Source: Isurus oxyrinchus (taxonomy: Eukaryota). From it: a DNA stretch of 64,000 nt. Positions 1 to 13,000 of the stretch are shown here, piece after piece. The notes beneath the pieces are model-generated. The model ran no database searches. It saw only the letters and a list, made by a program, of their open reading frames with translations, and was not told the origin of the DNA. Numbering within the stretch: position 1 is the first letter of the stretch; every line of letters starts with the position of its first letter. The DNA lies in contig JANJGN010000035.1 of assembly GCA_026770705.1 (NCBI GenBank), forward strand, positions 8,680,001-8,744,000, written 5' to 3'. The position numbers and the translations under genes were made by a program.

Positions 1-420
1 TTTTGCCCCACATGTTCCTCCCACTTATTCAGCAGTATGAAAGACAACACATTTGCAGCTCTTTCCTCTTCTGAAGAAAATTAGACACAATATATTTTCC
101 CAGTTTCCCTCTGCATAAGTTATGCCAGAACTGGCATTTTTTTCCAGAATGTGTGTTCTTTTTTCTTTTTCTATTGGCTTCACATTTATGGTTTTCATCA
201 TCTATTTTCAAAAATTAGATCAGTACATAATTTCCACTTTCGGTCAGACAAAGAACAAAAATAGAAGAATGAAATGATCAAAGTAGTTGTCTCTTTACTG
301 GCGTTTGAAATCCTCTACCAAGCTCATATATTGCATCAAACTGCGAAGAAAGTTGAAATTAATGAAATCATTGGTAAACAATTATAAAAGTAACAGGAGT
401 AAGAATCTTGATAATTATGC
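1..420 (-). pseudogene. Continuation of the same NLR exon (HD2-like region) beyond the LINE insertion; runs off the window start
   Basis: Frameshifted minus-strand peptides YQDSYSCYFY, RDNYFDHFIL/FYFCSLS and SSEEERAANVLS resemble the NLR HD2 motifs QEFxAA, (N/D)G(H/R)(L/F)DxFLRFxxGLS and ERxxNxxHxL. Order and strand are those expected after the WHD. Confidence 0.5.
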
Positions 421-424
421 TCAT

Positions 425-3400
425 CAATGATGGGGTAGCTAAGCCCATCCATGCAAATTTCAAAGCTGAAGCATTTTCAAACAAATAACCAGGAGGGTCG
501 AGCTGATAATCGGTATCGGCCTCATCATCTCGTGGGAAACATTACAGCTGCCAAATTTCATTCCATGTGTTATCAACTCAGCTTTTGGGTTGCTAGGTAC
601 AGGCATTGATGTAGGCGCCGGAAATGAAAATGCCATACCTTATCCCGTCGACACTGCAAAATCCTCCTAACTAGTTTTTTCGAGTCTCATGCCTAATTAT
701 GAAGTCCCACAGATTAACAAAGAAGGTGCCTGGCACAGTCATACTCACGAAATTATATTTTAAGAACAATTTCCCTAACACCACGATCACGACTCTTGGG
801 TATGCATTGTTTCAACAAAAGGCAGGGCCAACGAACTTTACAAAACATCTGGCACACAAATGGCAGAAAGTTGTGTAGGAGGCCACAATACTGACTCCGG
901 ACCCCATCAAGTTTCTAAGAAGCATTTCTAAATCAACTTCACCTTCATATACAATTACTGCTCACTTTAGTTGGCATGTCAGTTCTGCTCCATGTTGTGC
1001 CAAGTTAGGAAGAACCGCTGACACTGGCAGGGGCACAGTTTACACTACTGGACGAAAATTTGCATCACCAACAGTGGCTCAGTAGCATAACTTCTGACTC
1101 AGCTGGCTAAGCAATAAAATAATGCAAAATTCAGTTTGTGGAAATTGGTAAGGGAACAACTAAGAGGGGAAGATACCTGTCCTCACCCTCACCTATCTAC
1201 CTGCCGCTCATGCATCTGCAATGAAAGTATCTGTAGGAGTGACCACAGCTCAGATCTTAGGTAGAAAAAAGTCGGTCCTTTAATTGGAGGATGAAATCCA
1301 TCGTGCAGCAGTGCAAGGGAGAGAGAATTTGAACAGATGATGCAGCCCTAAATACAGATTCATAAGGTTCCTGAGCCACTTGGTGCAGCAGAATAACGTT
1401 CAACAACAACTTGTAAACACATGGCATGACAAATCCGTCAAGGTACAATTACCGCAAAGCCTGGTGGTTAGCCGTAGTTCACTGAATGAGGCTGGAGTGC
1501 CTGTTCAGAGAAGCACCAGACATGCTGTAAAATGAAATGTATCACTTTTAAAGCTGCAACTGAGGACATCACCCGTGCCGAATAATGGAGACAGAACGAG
1601 ATAGGCAGGTCTAAATGAACACAAAGCCAACCCATCAGATCCATTTGGTGAAGTTCTACCTGGTCGAGCAGTGGCTGGCGTTGAATAATTAAAAACCTAC
1701 AGGAGGAAGTATTTAGATAATTACCCTCTTTGTCAAAGATGGGGGAGCCAAGCTCATCCGTGCAAAGGTCAAAGCTGAAGCATTTGCAAGGTAACAACCA
1801 ACAGGGTTGAGTTGAGGATCCAACTCGGACTTGCACTGTGGTGGGCAACGTCAGAGCTGCGAGACTTCGGCCAATCGCTCTGGTTATTATCAAGTCATGG
1901 TTTGGGTTTCGACATACAGGCTAAGGCTATGAACCCTGACAAAATTCCGCTGAAAATTTGCACTCCAGAATTAGCCATGACCACAGAAAAACTTTTAAAG
2001 TGCAGCAACGAAACAGAAATCTTGCCAATAATTTGTGAAACTGTGGAGGCATAATCTGTCCACAAAATAAACGCACGATAAATTGAATGAATCCAAATTG
2101 ATCACCGTTCATCTGCTCTTGTTCATCAGCAAAGGGATGGCATGTGTCGTGCAATGTGCATCAAGCAGCTTGTAAACAGCAATTGCCTGCTCATTGATGC
2201 TCAATTTAAGTTCTGCCAGGGCCAATCAGCTCCTGACCACATAACACCCCAGTTCCAAACTTGGAGAAGAGAGCTGAAATCAAGAGGTGATGTATATTGA
2301 ATAACTTTGACATCAAGGCCACATTTGACCATTTGTGGCGTCAAGGAACCCCTGAAAAAATACCCGATGTCAATAGGAAACATGGGGGAAATGTTTCATT
2401 CTTTTTTTGGATTCTAATCAATGACATTTCATTTTGATCCATTACTTCTAGAAATCAAACATCCCAGATGTGTGCCATCGTTGATGTAGTTCTTCAGGAT
2501 AGAAACTGAAGACCAATCGGGCTCAATTGTTTCATCAAATACCTTCCGTCCATCATAGGATCAGGTGGGAGAGTGGGTGTGTTGCGAGGCGGCCGGGTGT
2601 GCGCTGGTGGTGGGAGAGGATAATTGCGAAATTTAAGCTCCGTTCGCAGCGCCTCATACACAAAAGCAGTCCATGTCCGTATGGGAAAAGCTGTGGATTT
2701 CTTTCAGGATTGTGTTGATTCGCAAGTGACTTTCGTGCCATGCAAGTTCCAGGCCAAAACCATATCCAACATTCGATAAGCTATCAAATTAATCTTGAAA
2801 CTGATGGGCATTATCATTGCTGAAGCACCCTCTGTCAACTGCCAGGGGGCCACAATTGACCAGTATCTCACATAGACCATTCCTTTGATTACTGCAGGTA
2901 CAAGAGCAGGAAAGAAGCTTCGAATTGTGCAGCGGGTCACTTCCCTCTGGAATCCTGGAAGGCCATCCAGCATCCTCAAGCCAGAAGTCAGAATTTTAAT
3001 GGAACACTCTCCAGTTGCCTGAATAAGTACAGCTCCACCAACTAGAAGCTTGACAAAATCCAAGTCAATGTAGCTAGATTAGATCCTACACAGCAAATCG
3101 AACGTAAGGGCCACCACCACAGAACCATAGAAGAGTAAGAGCACAGGAGGAGGTAATTCGGACCATCTTGCCAATACCAGTCTGTGGATACTCAGATGCT
3201 GTTTCTCATCCCACCTTCCAACAACCGGCCCATGGCCCTGCATCTAACAACACTTGCGTGTAGAGTTTCTGCCTCTACCAGCAACTTGGGCAGTGAATTC
3301 CAGACACCCACCATCCTCTGCATAAATAAATTCTTCCTCCTGACCCCTCTACACCTTCTGCGACTTATATTGATTCTATGCCCCCTGGTTCTCGTATTCT

Positions 3401-3883
3401 CCACCAAGGGAAGAAGACTATCCTTTACACTCTATCTATTCCCCTCATCATTTTGTACACCTCCATGAATTCAACTCTCAGCCTTATTTGCTCCAACAGT
3501 AGCAGAAGTGCTCAACAACTTTAAAATGCCCAAGTGCAAACCAACAGGCCTCCTCAGAAAGAACTTTTAAAATCCCAGACATCCACCGCCCATTAGGGCA
3601 AGGCAGCAGATCCGCTGAGATCAACGCTAACTCTGGTGTTATATTTGTTCACCCACCAAGCCAGACGCATTTGTGACTCAGAACAATACCACTGCTTGTT
3701 CGCTGTCGCTGGGAAATAATCTGGACTTTCATTTCGAACATAAGTGCATTTGTTTATTTATTGCGAAAGCTGCAACACTTCAACTAGTTTGTTAAGCATC
3801 TTATTCCCAAGGAGAACTAGAGATGCTTCCTGCTTGCAATACTCGCATCCAATTAAGGAATCTATAATACAAGATAAAGAAGA
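425..3883 (+). mobile_element. Degenerate, composite CR1/L2-group LINE inserted into the NLR exon
   Basis: Homologous to the better-preserved copy at 9770-13000 (EN start about 650, RT about 2100-2800, 3' tail ending ctcgcatccaat near 3850). Segment 425-560 repeats sequence seen again at about 1740-1840, so more than one copy contributes. Confidence 0.8.
3118..3500 (-). mobile_element. CR1 LINE 3' fragment nested in the older LINE
   Basis: ORF 3192-3407 TRTRGHRINI...RKNLFMQRMVGVWNSLP is the classic CR1 ORF2 C-terminus. It is similar in reverse complement to about 53790-54100. Confidence 0.85.
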
Positions 3884-5185
3884 CTTTTCATGCATGTTTC
3901 CTCATCGATCATTGGGTTTCTTCAATTTGTTTTATATTATTTCACTTTCTTAAATTATTGTGTCTATTTACGCTCTCTAATGCGCACTACCTCCATTGGA
4001 AGAGTAGTTTTTCGTCCGCCTTTCCTCCCATTAGCCTCTCAGTTTCCCAGTTTTGTCCAACGTTGTTCTGTAAATATGTTATTTTCCTTCGTAACCCACG
4101 GGTATATGTCCTCGAAGCAATAACGTAATGGGCATATGTGTGTCTTACCCACAACTGTTCTTTCGTTTAACTTGTCAGTCTGTTCCATCCCATGGGTACT
4201 TCTGTCAAAAAAAGCCCCTTGCAACACTGCGAGTTAAGACTCCAAAGGCTTGATAGAGCTTTGGCTTTCAGCTGCAGAATGCTATACATTAAACGCTTCA
4301 CAATATTACACAAAATCAAAATTGAATGGCATCTCTACGAAGTGTGGCCTATTTCTAAATTTTCTTTCCTAGCTATCTTACGCAATGTATGTTATTAATT
4401 GCGTAAACAAAATATTGTTTTGTTACTTTGGGTGCGAATGCCAATGTTTCGCTGTTTGGATTTCTCCATGCCCTGGCGAAAGATTTTCATTTGCATAGTT
4501 GGCTTGTTGCCAGTACTAAACAACGTTTCAACAAATGCCCTTTTACAAGGCAGTGCGTGACATCAGTTGATCGATAACAGCAGTCAGGATTGATAAATTG
4601 ATCTTGGAGATTCTCGTCACTTTGCCTTTCGGTGTAAACGTTAGTTGGCTGTAGTGATGTAAATCATCAAGGAGAAACAACATGTTTTCTTTTTCTATCA
4701 AAATATGTTCCAACCGGATTTCCCAAATGGGGAAGGAGTGAAGAATCAGTCTATTTAGACATGTTCTTACCCTCTACTGAATTCAGTTGGAGAACTTTAA
4801 AGTGCAAACAAATTTACCTTGTATATATAGCCCCCCTGGTGTTATTATAAATTATTTTCTGTATCATGGTGCGTTTCCCAATTCCGATGGCCCCAATGAC
4901 CATTGTCGTGTAAGAAGTTCCTGTTCCAGCGGAGTTGGTCTCCATTACATAAGAGAGCTGATTTTTTTCGAACTCTTTCTCCAAGTCATTTTTCTGCAAT
5001 TCATATGTCTCAGGCTTTTTCTTGTTTTCCCACAAGTTCCCGCTCATGCAAATAGCAAACAATCCTTACTTCAGTACACGTTTGACGCAGGAAACCTATT
5101 CTGCATTTTTGTTTTCCAATTAGTTTTCTCACTGTCACCACGTTGTTCTTGATGTGAAAGTCATATTCGAGCAGCTGTCCTATTT
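3884..5185 (-). pseudogene. Decayed NLR (NLRP3/NLRC3-like, chondrichthyan-type) large exon: FISNA-like segment + NACHT NTPase + HD1/WHD
   Basis: Manual minus-strand translation across stops and frameshifts. Putative phase-1 acceptor ttatgcttattgaAG|5185, then EIGQLL...CTEVRIVCYLHERELV (FISNA-like) and Walker A GAIGIGKRTMIQKII (4894-4868). Next come LHFKVLQLNS, CLNRLILHSFP..LEHIL..ENM and Walker B-like LFLLDDLHHY (starting 4680). PDCCYRSTDVTHCLVKGHLLKRCLVLATSQ...ETLAFAPKVTKQYF aligns without gaps to the recalled shark NLR pattern PEDWCEVSDIVYSLIQHKLLPGCSVLVTSR...EILGFVGEERKEYF. KENNIFTEQ and MEVVR follow (WHD-like). Confidence 0.85.
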
Positions 5186-5779
5186 CTTCAATAAGCATAA
5201 GTAACAACGTTATTAAGGTAAGCCTGGCAATTCCAAAGAAAATCATTAACAGAGCACTTTGAGAAAGATTAAGCAAAATTGTAAAGATATATATTTTAAA
5301 AAAAACAACCCATTGAATAAAATGAGACATGGGCATTGACTCATCATATTATGGTGAAAGATGTAATCGTTAATTTTGCAAAATTGCACTTTTGGGAAAC
5401 AGAGTGCAGATTGCAAACATTGTAATTCTCATCCCAATCTATGTATTGATAACTATACAAGCGCATGTGCATAGCACATACATATGCAATGATTAGCACC
5501 AAAATAAGAGACAACCATGTATCACATTAATGAAATGCAATGGGCTCGCAATATATTAAGAGCAGTGGCTAATTTCCTTTAACTGTGCAGCCTGAGTGTG
5601 ATTATTACATGTTGTTAACAGAGTCTCTGAAATAAGAAATTATGTTAGAAACTATGAAATACGGTTCTCTCACGTTGCCAAATCCAACTAATTATAGGAC
5701 TTTAATTTTTTTATTCGTACTGGAAAGGTAATATTTAAATTATCACACGGAAACGAAATTTCAAGCTGGCCTGATCACT

Positions 5780-7025
5780 AAAATAACAAAGAACACTGGT
5801 TAACTGTCCGTTTTTTGACAGAATCTGTTGGAAATGAAGCTGAGCTAATATTTGGATACTTTGACCTTTCACTGGTGGAGTGAAAAGCTTGAAGATTAGA
5901 AAAGAGGAAATAAAAGAAAATTAATTGGGAGGTTCTGCACCAGAGTGGAGGACAGGAGAGAGCAACAAGCAGCACACTTTTTATGTGCAGTGCTAAAGGC
6001 ATTGTAACATGACAAGTTAACAAATAAAATATGGTCTGCAAGAAGCTTGGGTTGCGGGTTAGCTGCCTCCGGCTGCTCAAAATTATACATGGTTGAAAAA
6101 AAGAAGAAAACCACAAACTAGCAAAAACTAAATAAAATAAATGGAAATAGAATTTGTATATTAATAATGTTGAAAAATGAGTTGAGTCGAAAACACGCGA
6201 CAATTCCACATATAAAAGTAACTTATCATTTCTCTTTATGTTGAGCTGGAAATTTTTTAGACCATTTCAGCAAGGCAAACGTACAAACCTCAGAATAGAA
6301 ACATAGCAAACAATAAATTCGAGGGCGGCAGAAAAGCTAAGGCTATACTGTCGGCTGAAAATGCGGTCAGAACGTCTGTAAGAGTGCTTAATTATCGTAG
6401 TGAAGTTTCCAACTAGAGCAATGAAAACGATTTATTAAAAGGAAAAAAAAACAAGGGTATTGCGTTCTTAAGAGGAACATGTGCTCTGTGCCCATGCCTC
6501 TGAAAAAGGGTGGAATAAAATCTCATTTGTTGCACTTGATGAGTTTGAATGGCAAGGCAGCAGATAGTGGTGAATGGGACTCGCTCTGCCACTGTTTTAC
6601 AAGGTAACGGACAATTCTCTGGTCTAGAGTTTTGATGCAGTGTCACCGACATAAAAATGCTTATGCTCTTACCCTCATCAGATGCTGCCAAAACTGCCAT
6701 CTATTTTTTCACACATTCTTTTTTAATTACAACCGTAAATGCAGTTTTACGATGAGCTGTACGCATCCATGGTGAAAAAAAATAAGTCACTAGCGACTGA
6801 AATAGCAAGGGTTCGAAGTGCCAGAACACTTCTGCAGTTCCATGTATGTATGATGCAAGAGACGGGACAATGGTAGAAAAAAAAATATAGGGTACGGGAA
6901 ACCAGAAAACATTCGAGTGGGGCGGGCAATTGCATGGGTCCACCTTGGCACTAACTCTCAAGGACCTGATACTGAGTTGAAAGCGTTGTTTTCTTTGATG
7001 TGTAAGTGTGAGGCTGGAGGTCACG
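5780..7025 (-). mobile_element. Old Penelope-like element relic
   Basis: Minus strand 7020-6780 resembles the PLE RT region (NNxxFNS...MGTxMGP...) of the 31.7 kb element. Segment 5780-5900 resembles the PLE tail. Heavily decayed. Confidence 0.45.
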
Positions 7026-7329
7026 GAGGGAAGATTGCCAAAGAAATTATATTGCTGGAAATCCTAAAAACAATATTTTGATGCTCGTTGGTGGGCTCAT
7101 GGTCAATGTTAGGAACTGGAGACATGCCCAAATCTTATCAAGTTGATGTTTCACACCTGATAGCTAGATGTTGGTAATCCAGCCCGCAAAGATATTGCCC
7201 TGATCAGAATGTTTTATGATAATGTTAACGTTAGACCTGAGCTAATATAGTCCGGAATAAGCAGAGAGCAAAACTGAGGGTAAGAAACAGATAAACGTAG
7301 AGCTAAGTGACATGTCAAGTTTATCAATA

Positions 7330-7830
7330 TAAAATATTCTAAAGAGCGTGAGAAAACAGAGGGGTAATCTAGGTGGAATTCCTGGCCTAATAAGAAAATT
7401 CAGAAGGAAAGGTGATGAATGAATGAGCCAACATTATCCCAAATCACATTTCATAGATCTGTATTTTTTTAAGCGATTGAAGCCGAGCACTTTGCAAAGA
7501 AAGGCCATTGCGTATCAGAGAGTGGAAGACGAGGATTAATGCAAATTCACAGAAAGGAGGAGAGATTGGAACCATTTATTACGGCAGGGGAAAGTAACGG
7601 GGAAGGAGGATCCAGCGGTCTGTTAGTACCAATGTGTTACTTAAGTTTGCTATCCCTCACAAGGGAAATGCAAACTAATGCAATTTTGTTAAGGGACTGG
7701 TTGAGGCAAAGAACAAAATGGAAGCTTGAAATGGGGACGCTTTGCGACCATGCCAGGCGCTGCTGCTTAACAGGTAGCCCGATAATGGTCACGTACTGGT
7801 CTGTGACTATGGGCCTGGTTCTAACAATAG
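7330..7830 (+). mobile_element. Old CR1 RT fragment
   Basis: Decayed FxKG...PHKR...DWLRQR..K.EMG pattern of CR1 ORF2. Confidence 0.45.
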
Positions 7831-9689
7831 TTCCCTGTTGTTGAATTTTGCACTTGTATTCTTGTTATGTGGGACGATTTTTGTTACTAATATGTATTTT
7901 TTTAAAAATATTTCTGACGTGCTGCAGCTTTCCAAGCCCTTTAGGAATGCCAAAAGTAGATTTTTTTTACTGCCAGGCATGTTCAGCTTGCAGCCATGTC
8001 TCATTAACAATTATTAATCCATGTCCTCCTTGATGATGAAGGGCCTATTTTAATTACATTCTGCCTTTTAACTCATACATTAGTACACAAAACTCGAAGT
8101 TGTGGAAGACAATGCCATATTCCCATTTGACATGATGCTGCCCTACTTATTATTTCAATTAATATGGTTCCTCTGTAACAAAGCTGCTGCATCAAATGTA
8201 GCTTGCTTTCACTTATCTGATTCGCTGGCAGCTGCACTGCTGCTTGTGTTGTTGATTATGCCGTTAACTGAAATCCTAAAATAAAATGTCTTTTCAGCTA
8301 GATTATGTGGTGATATAGCTTGTGTGTCCTCACCCTACTACAGCACAACCACCACCTCAACCACCATCTTTACATACAATTATCAATTTATAGCACTTTC
8401 AAAAATATGATGTTTTTTTCCTTCCTCATCAAATGTTGGTCCCAGTCGATTTAAGGACCGTGTCATTCCATTAGCAGAAACTGTTTACTTCCCCAGTACA
8501 CCTGGCATTATTGCATGACGTTGAACCATTGCTCCCTGCATCACTCCTGCTGCTAGCTGTCGAACAACAGCCATTTTTGCCCCCATGCCTTCCATAGATT
8601 TAAAACTGTTTGTTAAATATGAGTACTCTAATAATTGTTCGATTCTGAAAGGACCTCGCTGTAGCATTTTTGGAATTGTGTCCTTGCTTTCTTTAAGTAT
8701 GACAAAGGATCATCCACATAAAATTTTTGTTTCCCATGAGCCACATTGAAGCATCATTAGCATCGCGTATAAAATGTAGCACTCGGGTCTACAAGTGGGG
8801 CAGAAGATTATTCCACGTTTTCCTATTGCCAATTAGTTTGCAATGGCTGCAGTTCTGTCCGGCTTTTTTCCTTTGGACTTTGAAAAACAGAGTGCTCCAT
8901 CATGCAGCACTACTTAAGAGCTTTGTCGCTTCCTCATTATTCCCCATCCCCACCACCACCACCCCCCCACCACGAACCCCCGCCCCACCCCCCCCCCCCC
9001 CCACCCCCATCCAAATGATTACCTTTCTATTAGAGCCATGTCTGCCAGGACACTAAATTATCACTCCTCAGTTCTTGCTTTCCTGCTGCCTCAGTCGAAA
9101 GATCTCTCTTTTCAGAACCTTGTCTTCAGACTGATGTGTGACGTGCTGTCTGGAAAATAAACTGCATGCAAAATACATCTACTCTTTTATGTGGACGATT
9201 CCCCTCGCATTCCAGCTCAAGAAACATGAGCAGTGAAGTTTAAAGGCAGATTCATTACTTATTCAACGCCTAATTCTGAAATGTCCCAGTGTTCACTGCA
9301 TCCAGCATCGCACCTTTCCTGGGCCTGAATTTTGTTGTAATTTAAAATTGCTTTTAGAGAAACTGTGGAATTGAAATATACACACTGTCTTTGTTCACTC
9401 TTAGGCACAGGTATAAATTGAGCAATAGGAATAAACTCAAAAACAAAAGTTGTAGAAACAAAATCAGCCAATTATCGAGCTCCCCCTTGCAAACTAATGG
9501 TCTGTGAGCACCTGTACTGGTCGTGCAGAGGAAAGCTGAACGGTTTTTCTTTTGCCAAAAAATGTCATCCAGTGCACTGCCTTTTTACTTTGACAGTCAC
9601 ATTTCAACTCTGTACTATGGTTAATGAATCTATTGCTCCATAAAAAAAAAAATCTTCTTGAGTCGTGCATCAGAAACCTATCTTTTTTA

Positions 9690-9765
9690 CTGGCTATCTA
9701 TCTGTCTCTGTATCCATGTATCTGTCTATCTAAGCATCTATCTACAAATCTATCAATCTATCAAT
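9690..9765 (+). repeat. Imperfect (CTAT)n microsatellite
   Basis: ctatctatctgtctctgtatcc...ctatctacaaatctatcaatctatc seen directly. Confidence 0.8.
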
Positions 9766-9769
9766 GTTG

Positions 9770-12700
9770 TACTCTCGCTGAGCAATTAGCACAGGGATCT
9801 GCAGAAATGTTCTGATGGCCGGCAAGTGTTGAAATTTCAAATCATTGAAAGTCTCGAATGAAAAGTTTAATGATGGAGATGGAGCAATTATCGATTGTTC
9901 TAAAAAGAATTGATGAACTCCTGTCATTTAGCGAATGCAATGTACATTTTGTAGCTGGACTGGACAAGATGTGGCTCAAGACCCAAGAGCAACGTGGTTC
10001 ACATTAACATGACCTCTGAAATGGCAAAGAAAGTCACTGAGTTGCAAGACATTGCTGCAAATTCTCAAAATAAGAATGAAACCGGACTGATGATCCGGCA
10101 TCGACTTTGACACAGGAAGCGATGAGAACAGTGTCATCCCGCCTCCACACTGCAATTTCCTCCTCAGTAACATCTTCGGGCTAGTGACCAATTTGGGAGA
10201 GGTATCTCAAAGGCCGGTCAAGCAACAGCCTGATATGGTCATCATCATGGAATCATGCTTTAGAGATTATATTCCAGGCACCACCAGCACGATCTCTGAA
10301 TACGTTCTGTCTCACTGGGGACACAGTTCAAGCTGAAGCGGTGGCAGACTGGTACACAACGGGGTGCTAGTTGCCCTGGTAGTCTTAATAGCTACGACTA
10401 CGGACCCCATGACGTCCCATAGCTTCAGGTGATAAAAGGACAAGGGAAGCTCCAGCAATTTACCGCACACTGCCCTCCCGCAGCAGATGAATCGGTATTC
10501 CCTCATGATGAACATCCCTTGGAGGACGCACTAAGGGTGGAAAATGGATTCCAGGCCGAGGACTTCAATTTTCATCACCTAGTGTTTCTCGGTAGCACCA
10601 CTAAGGAAGGAGCTGGGCGAGTACTAAAGGTCAAAACTTCTAGATGTGGTCTTCGGCAGGTGGTGAGATAACCAACAAGAGGGAAAGAAGTTCTTGACAT
10701 GATCCGCACCAGCCTGCCTACCAGCGATGCATGTGCCCATGGCATTCGATAGCAGTGGCCACTGCACAGTCGTTATGCAGACGAATTCCGGACTTCACTT
10801 TGGGGTTAACGTGCATTATCTTGCATCGCCCTGCCACAATGCCAAATGGGAAAAATTTGTGACATGTATAAGGACTCAAGATTGGGAATCGATGATACGA
10901 TGTGGGCCATCAGTGGAGGCGAATGATATTCGAAAATAATCTCTAAGCTCTGGGGTCAGCATATCCCTAGTCTGCAACTGGCATCAACAGAGGGAATCAA
11001 CTTTGGTTTGATGAAGAGTGCAGGTGGTCACGTCAGGTGTGGTATCAGGCCCACCTAAAAATGAGGTGTCAACGCTGTAAAGCTTTAGAAAATGTCTACT
11101 CGTGTACCAGCAAAATTTTGAGCAAATGATAGACACAAAAAAAATAATCCCAAAACAAACGGATCAGACATAACATCTGCAGTCCTACCACATCTAGTCC
11201 TGAATGATGGTGGGAAACTTAACAATTCAGTGGAGAAAGAGGCTCACAAATGTAGCCATTCACAATTATGGGTTTTGTCCAGTACATTAGTGCAAAAGAT
11301 AAGGCTAAAGCATTTGCCACAATCTTTAGCCAGAATTGCTGAGTGGGAAATCAACTGCAACTTCCTCCAGACGTCTCCAGCATGATACATGCCACTGCTC
11401 AGCCAATTCAATTCACTCAAAGTGATATTAGCAAAACGCTGAAGGCACTCGATAAGCAATATCTATGGCTTTGACAATATTCCGGCAATAACACTGGAAT
11501 TTTGTGCTCATGAATTTGCCGTGCTCCTAGCCAAGACTTCCTCATGCAGCTACAAAATTGGAATCTATACAATGATGTGTATTATTGCCCATTTATGCCA
11601 GTACAGGCAAAAGCAAGACGAATCGAACTAGGTCTATCACGGCAATAACAGTCTATTATCGTCCTTCTGTGAGTTAATCGAAGTACTCATCAACAAGACT
11701 ATCAAGCGGCACTTGCTTAGCAATAAGCTGCTCAATGCTGCCAAGTTTGTGTTCTGCCAGGGCTGCTCATATGCCTTCCTCAATACAACGTTGGCTCAAG
11801 CATCGATAAAAGAGCTGAATCTCCACGTTGAGGCGAAAGTGACTGCCCTTGATCTCAAAAAATACATTTGACTCAGTGTGGCATCAATAAGCACCATGTA
11901 AACCGGAGTCAATGGAACATAGGGGGAAACTCTTCACTGGTTAGAGTCATACCTAGCCCAAAGAACTATGGGTGTGGTTGCTGGAAATCAGTCATCGCAG
12001 CTCCAGGACATCATTACAAGAGTTGCAGAAGGTAAAATGCATGCCTAACCACCTTCAGCTGTTTCATCAATTGCCTTCCTTCCATCGTATGATCAGAGGT
12101 GGGAATGTTCGCCAAAAATTTCGCTACATTCAGCACTATTCGTGATTCCTCATATATTGAAATATTCGTTGTCCAAATATGGAAACAGTAGACCATATCG
12201 AAGCTTATGCTGACAAGAGGCAATTAACATTGACACCACAAAATTGCAGGCATTGCCGATCTCCAACAAGAGAGGATCGGACCATCGAGCCCTTGATGTT
12301 GAATGACATTGCCATCACTAGATCCCCAGCTGTTAACACTCTGGGGGTTACCATTGTCCAGAAAACGAACTGGACTTGTCATATACACACTATGGCTGGA
12401 ACAGCAGTCCAGAGGCTGGAAATCCAGCGATGAGTCAATGACCAGCTGACTCGTCAAAGAATCGGTCCACAATCCAGAAGGCAAAATTTAGTAATGTGAT
12501 AGAACATGTGCGCTTGTCTTGATTATTCCAAGCCTCACAATAGTCAAGATGCTTGTCATCAGCTTGGATAAAGGAGCACTCTAGATTGGCAATATATCCT
12601 GAGGAAATGACTCCCTCCACCAAAGATGAACAGTAGCAGCAGTGTGCACCATCTACATGTCGCACTGCAGGATTCACCAAGGGTCCTTAGGAAAGAGTTT

Positions 12701-13000
12701 CCAATTGGATGGCCACGATGCTCGGGATGGACAATGGCAAAACGTGCATTGCAATGGCAGCAACCAGAATTACCCCTCCAAGCCAATCACTAAGCTAAAT
12801 TTGCAATACATCGTCGCTCCCTCACAGTCATTGACTCAGAATCCTGGAACTCCCTTCCTAAAAGCTCGGCGGTGTGCCTACACGACATGGACAGCAACGG
12901 TTGAAGCAGAAAGCTCACCACGACAATTTAAATGACAATTAGTGATTCGCAATAAACGATGTCCCAGCCATGGAAGCCCATGTTCCATTAATCAAGAAAA
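9770..13000 (+). mobile_element. Near full-length degenerate CR1/L2-group LINE (APE endonuclease + RT)
   Basis: EN motifs KQQPDMVIIMES, PPAADESVFPHDEHPLEDALR and EDFNFHH at about 10220-10720. An RT region and LGVTI follow. The 3' tail ends cccatgttccattaatcaagaaaaa. Many stops and frameshifts. Confidence 0.85.

Noticed and set aside
4620-4990. Alternative reading of the NACHT region as CR1 (WEIRL, KVLQLN)
   Set aside because: WEIRL is explained by a compensated frameshift of PHLGNRL. The ungapped NACHT match over Walker A, Walker B, sensor 1 and KQYF is much longer.
8942-9010. C-rich tracts with G-quadruplex potential (also about 23970-24040, 56205-56270, 62240-62300)
   Set aside because: Low-complexity runs, several inside PLE tails. 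No evidence of function.
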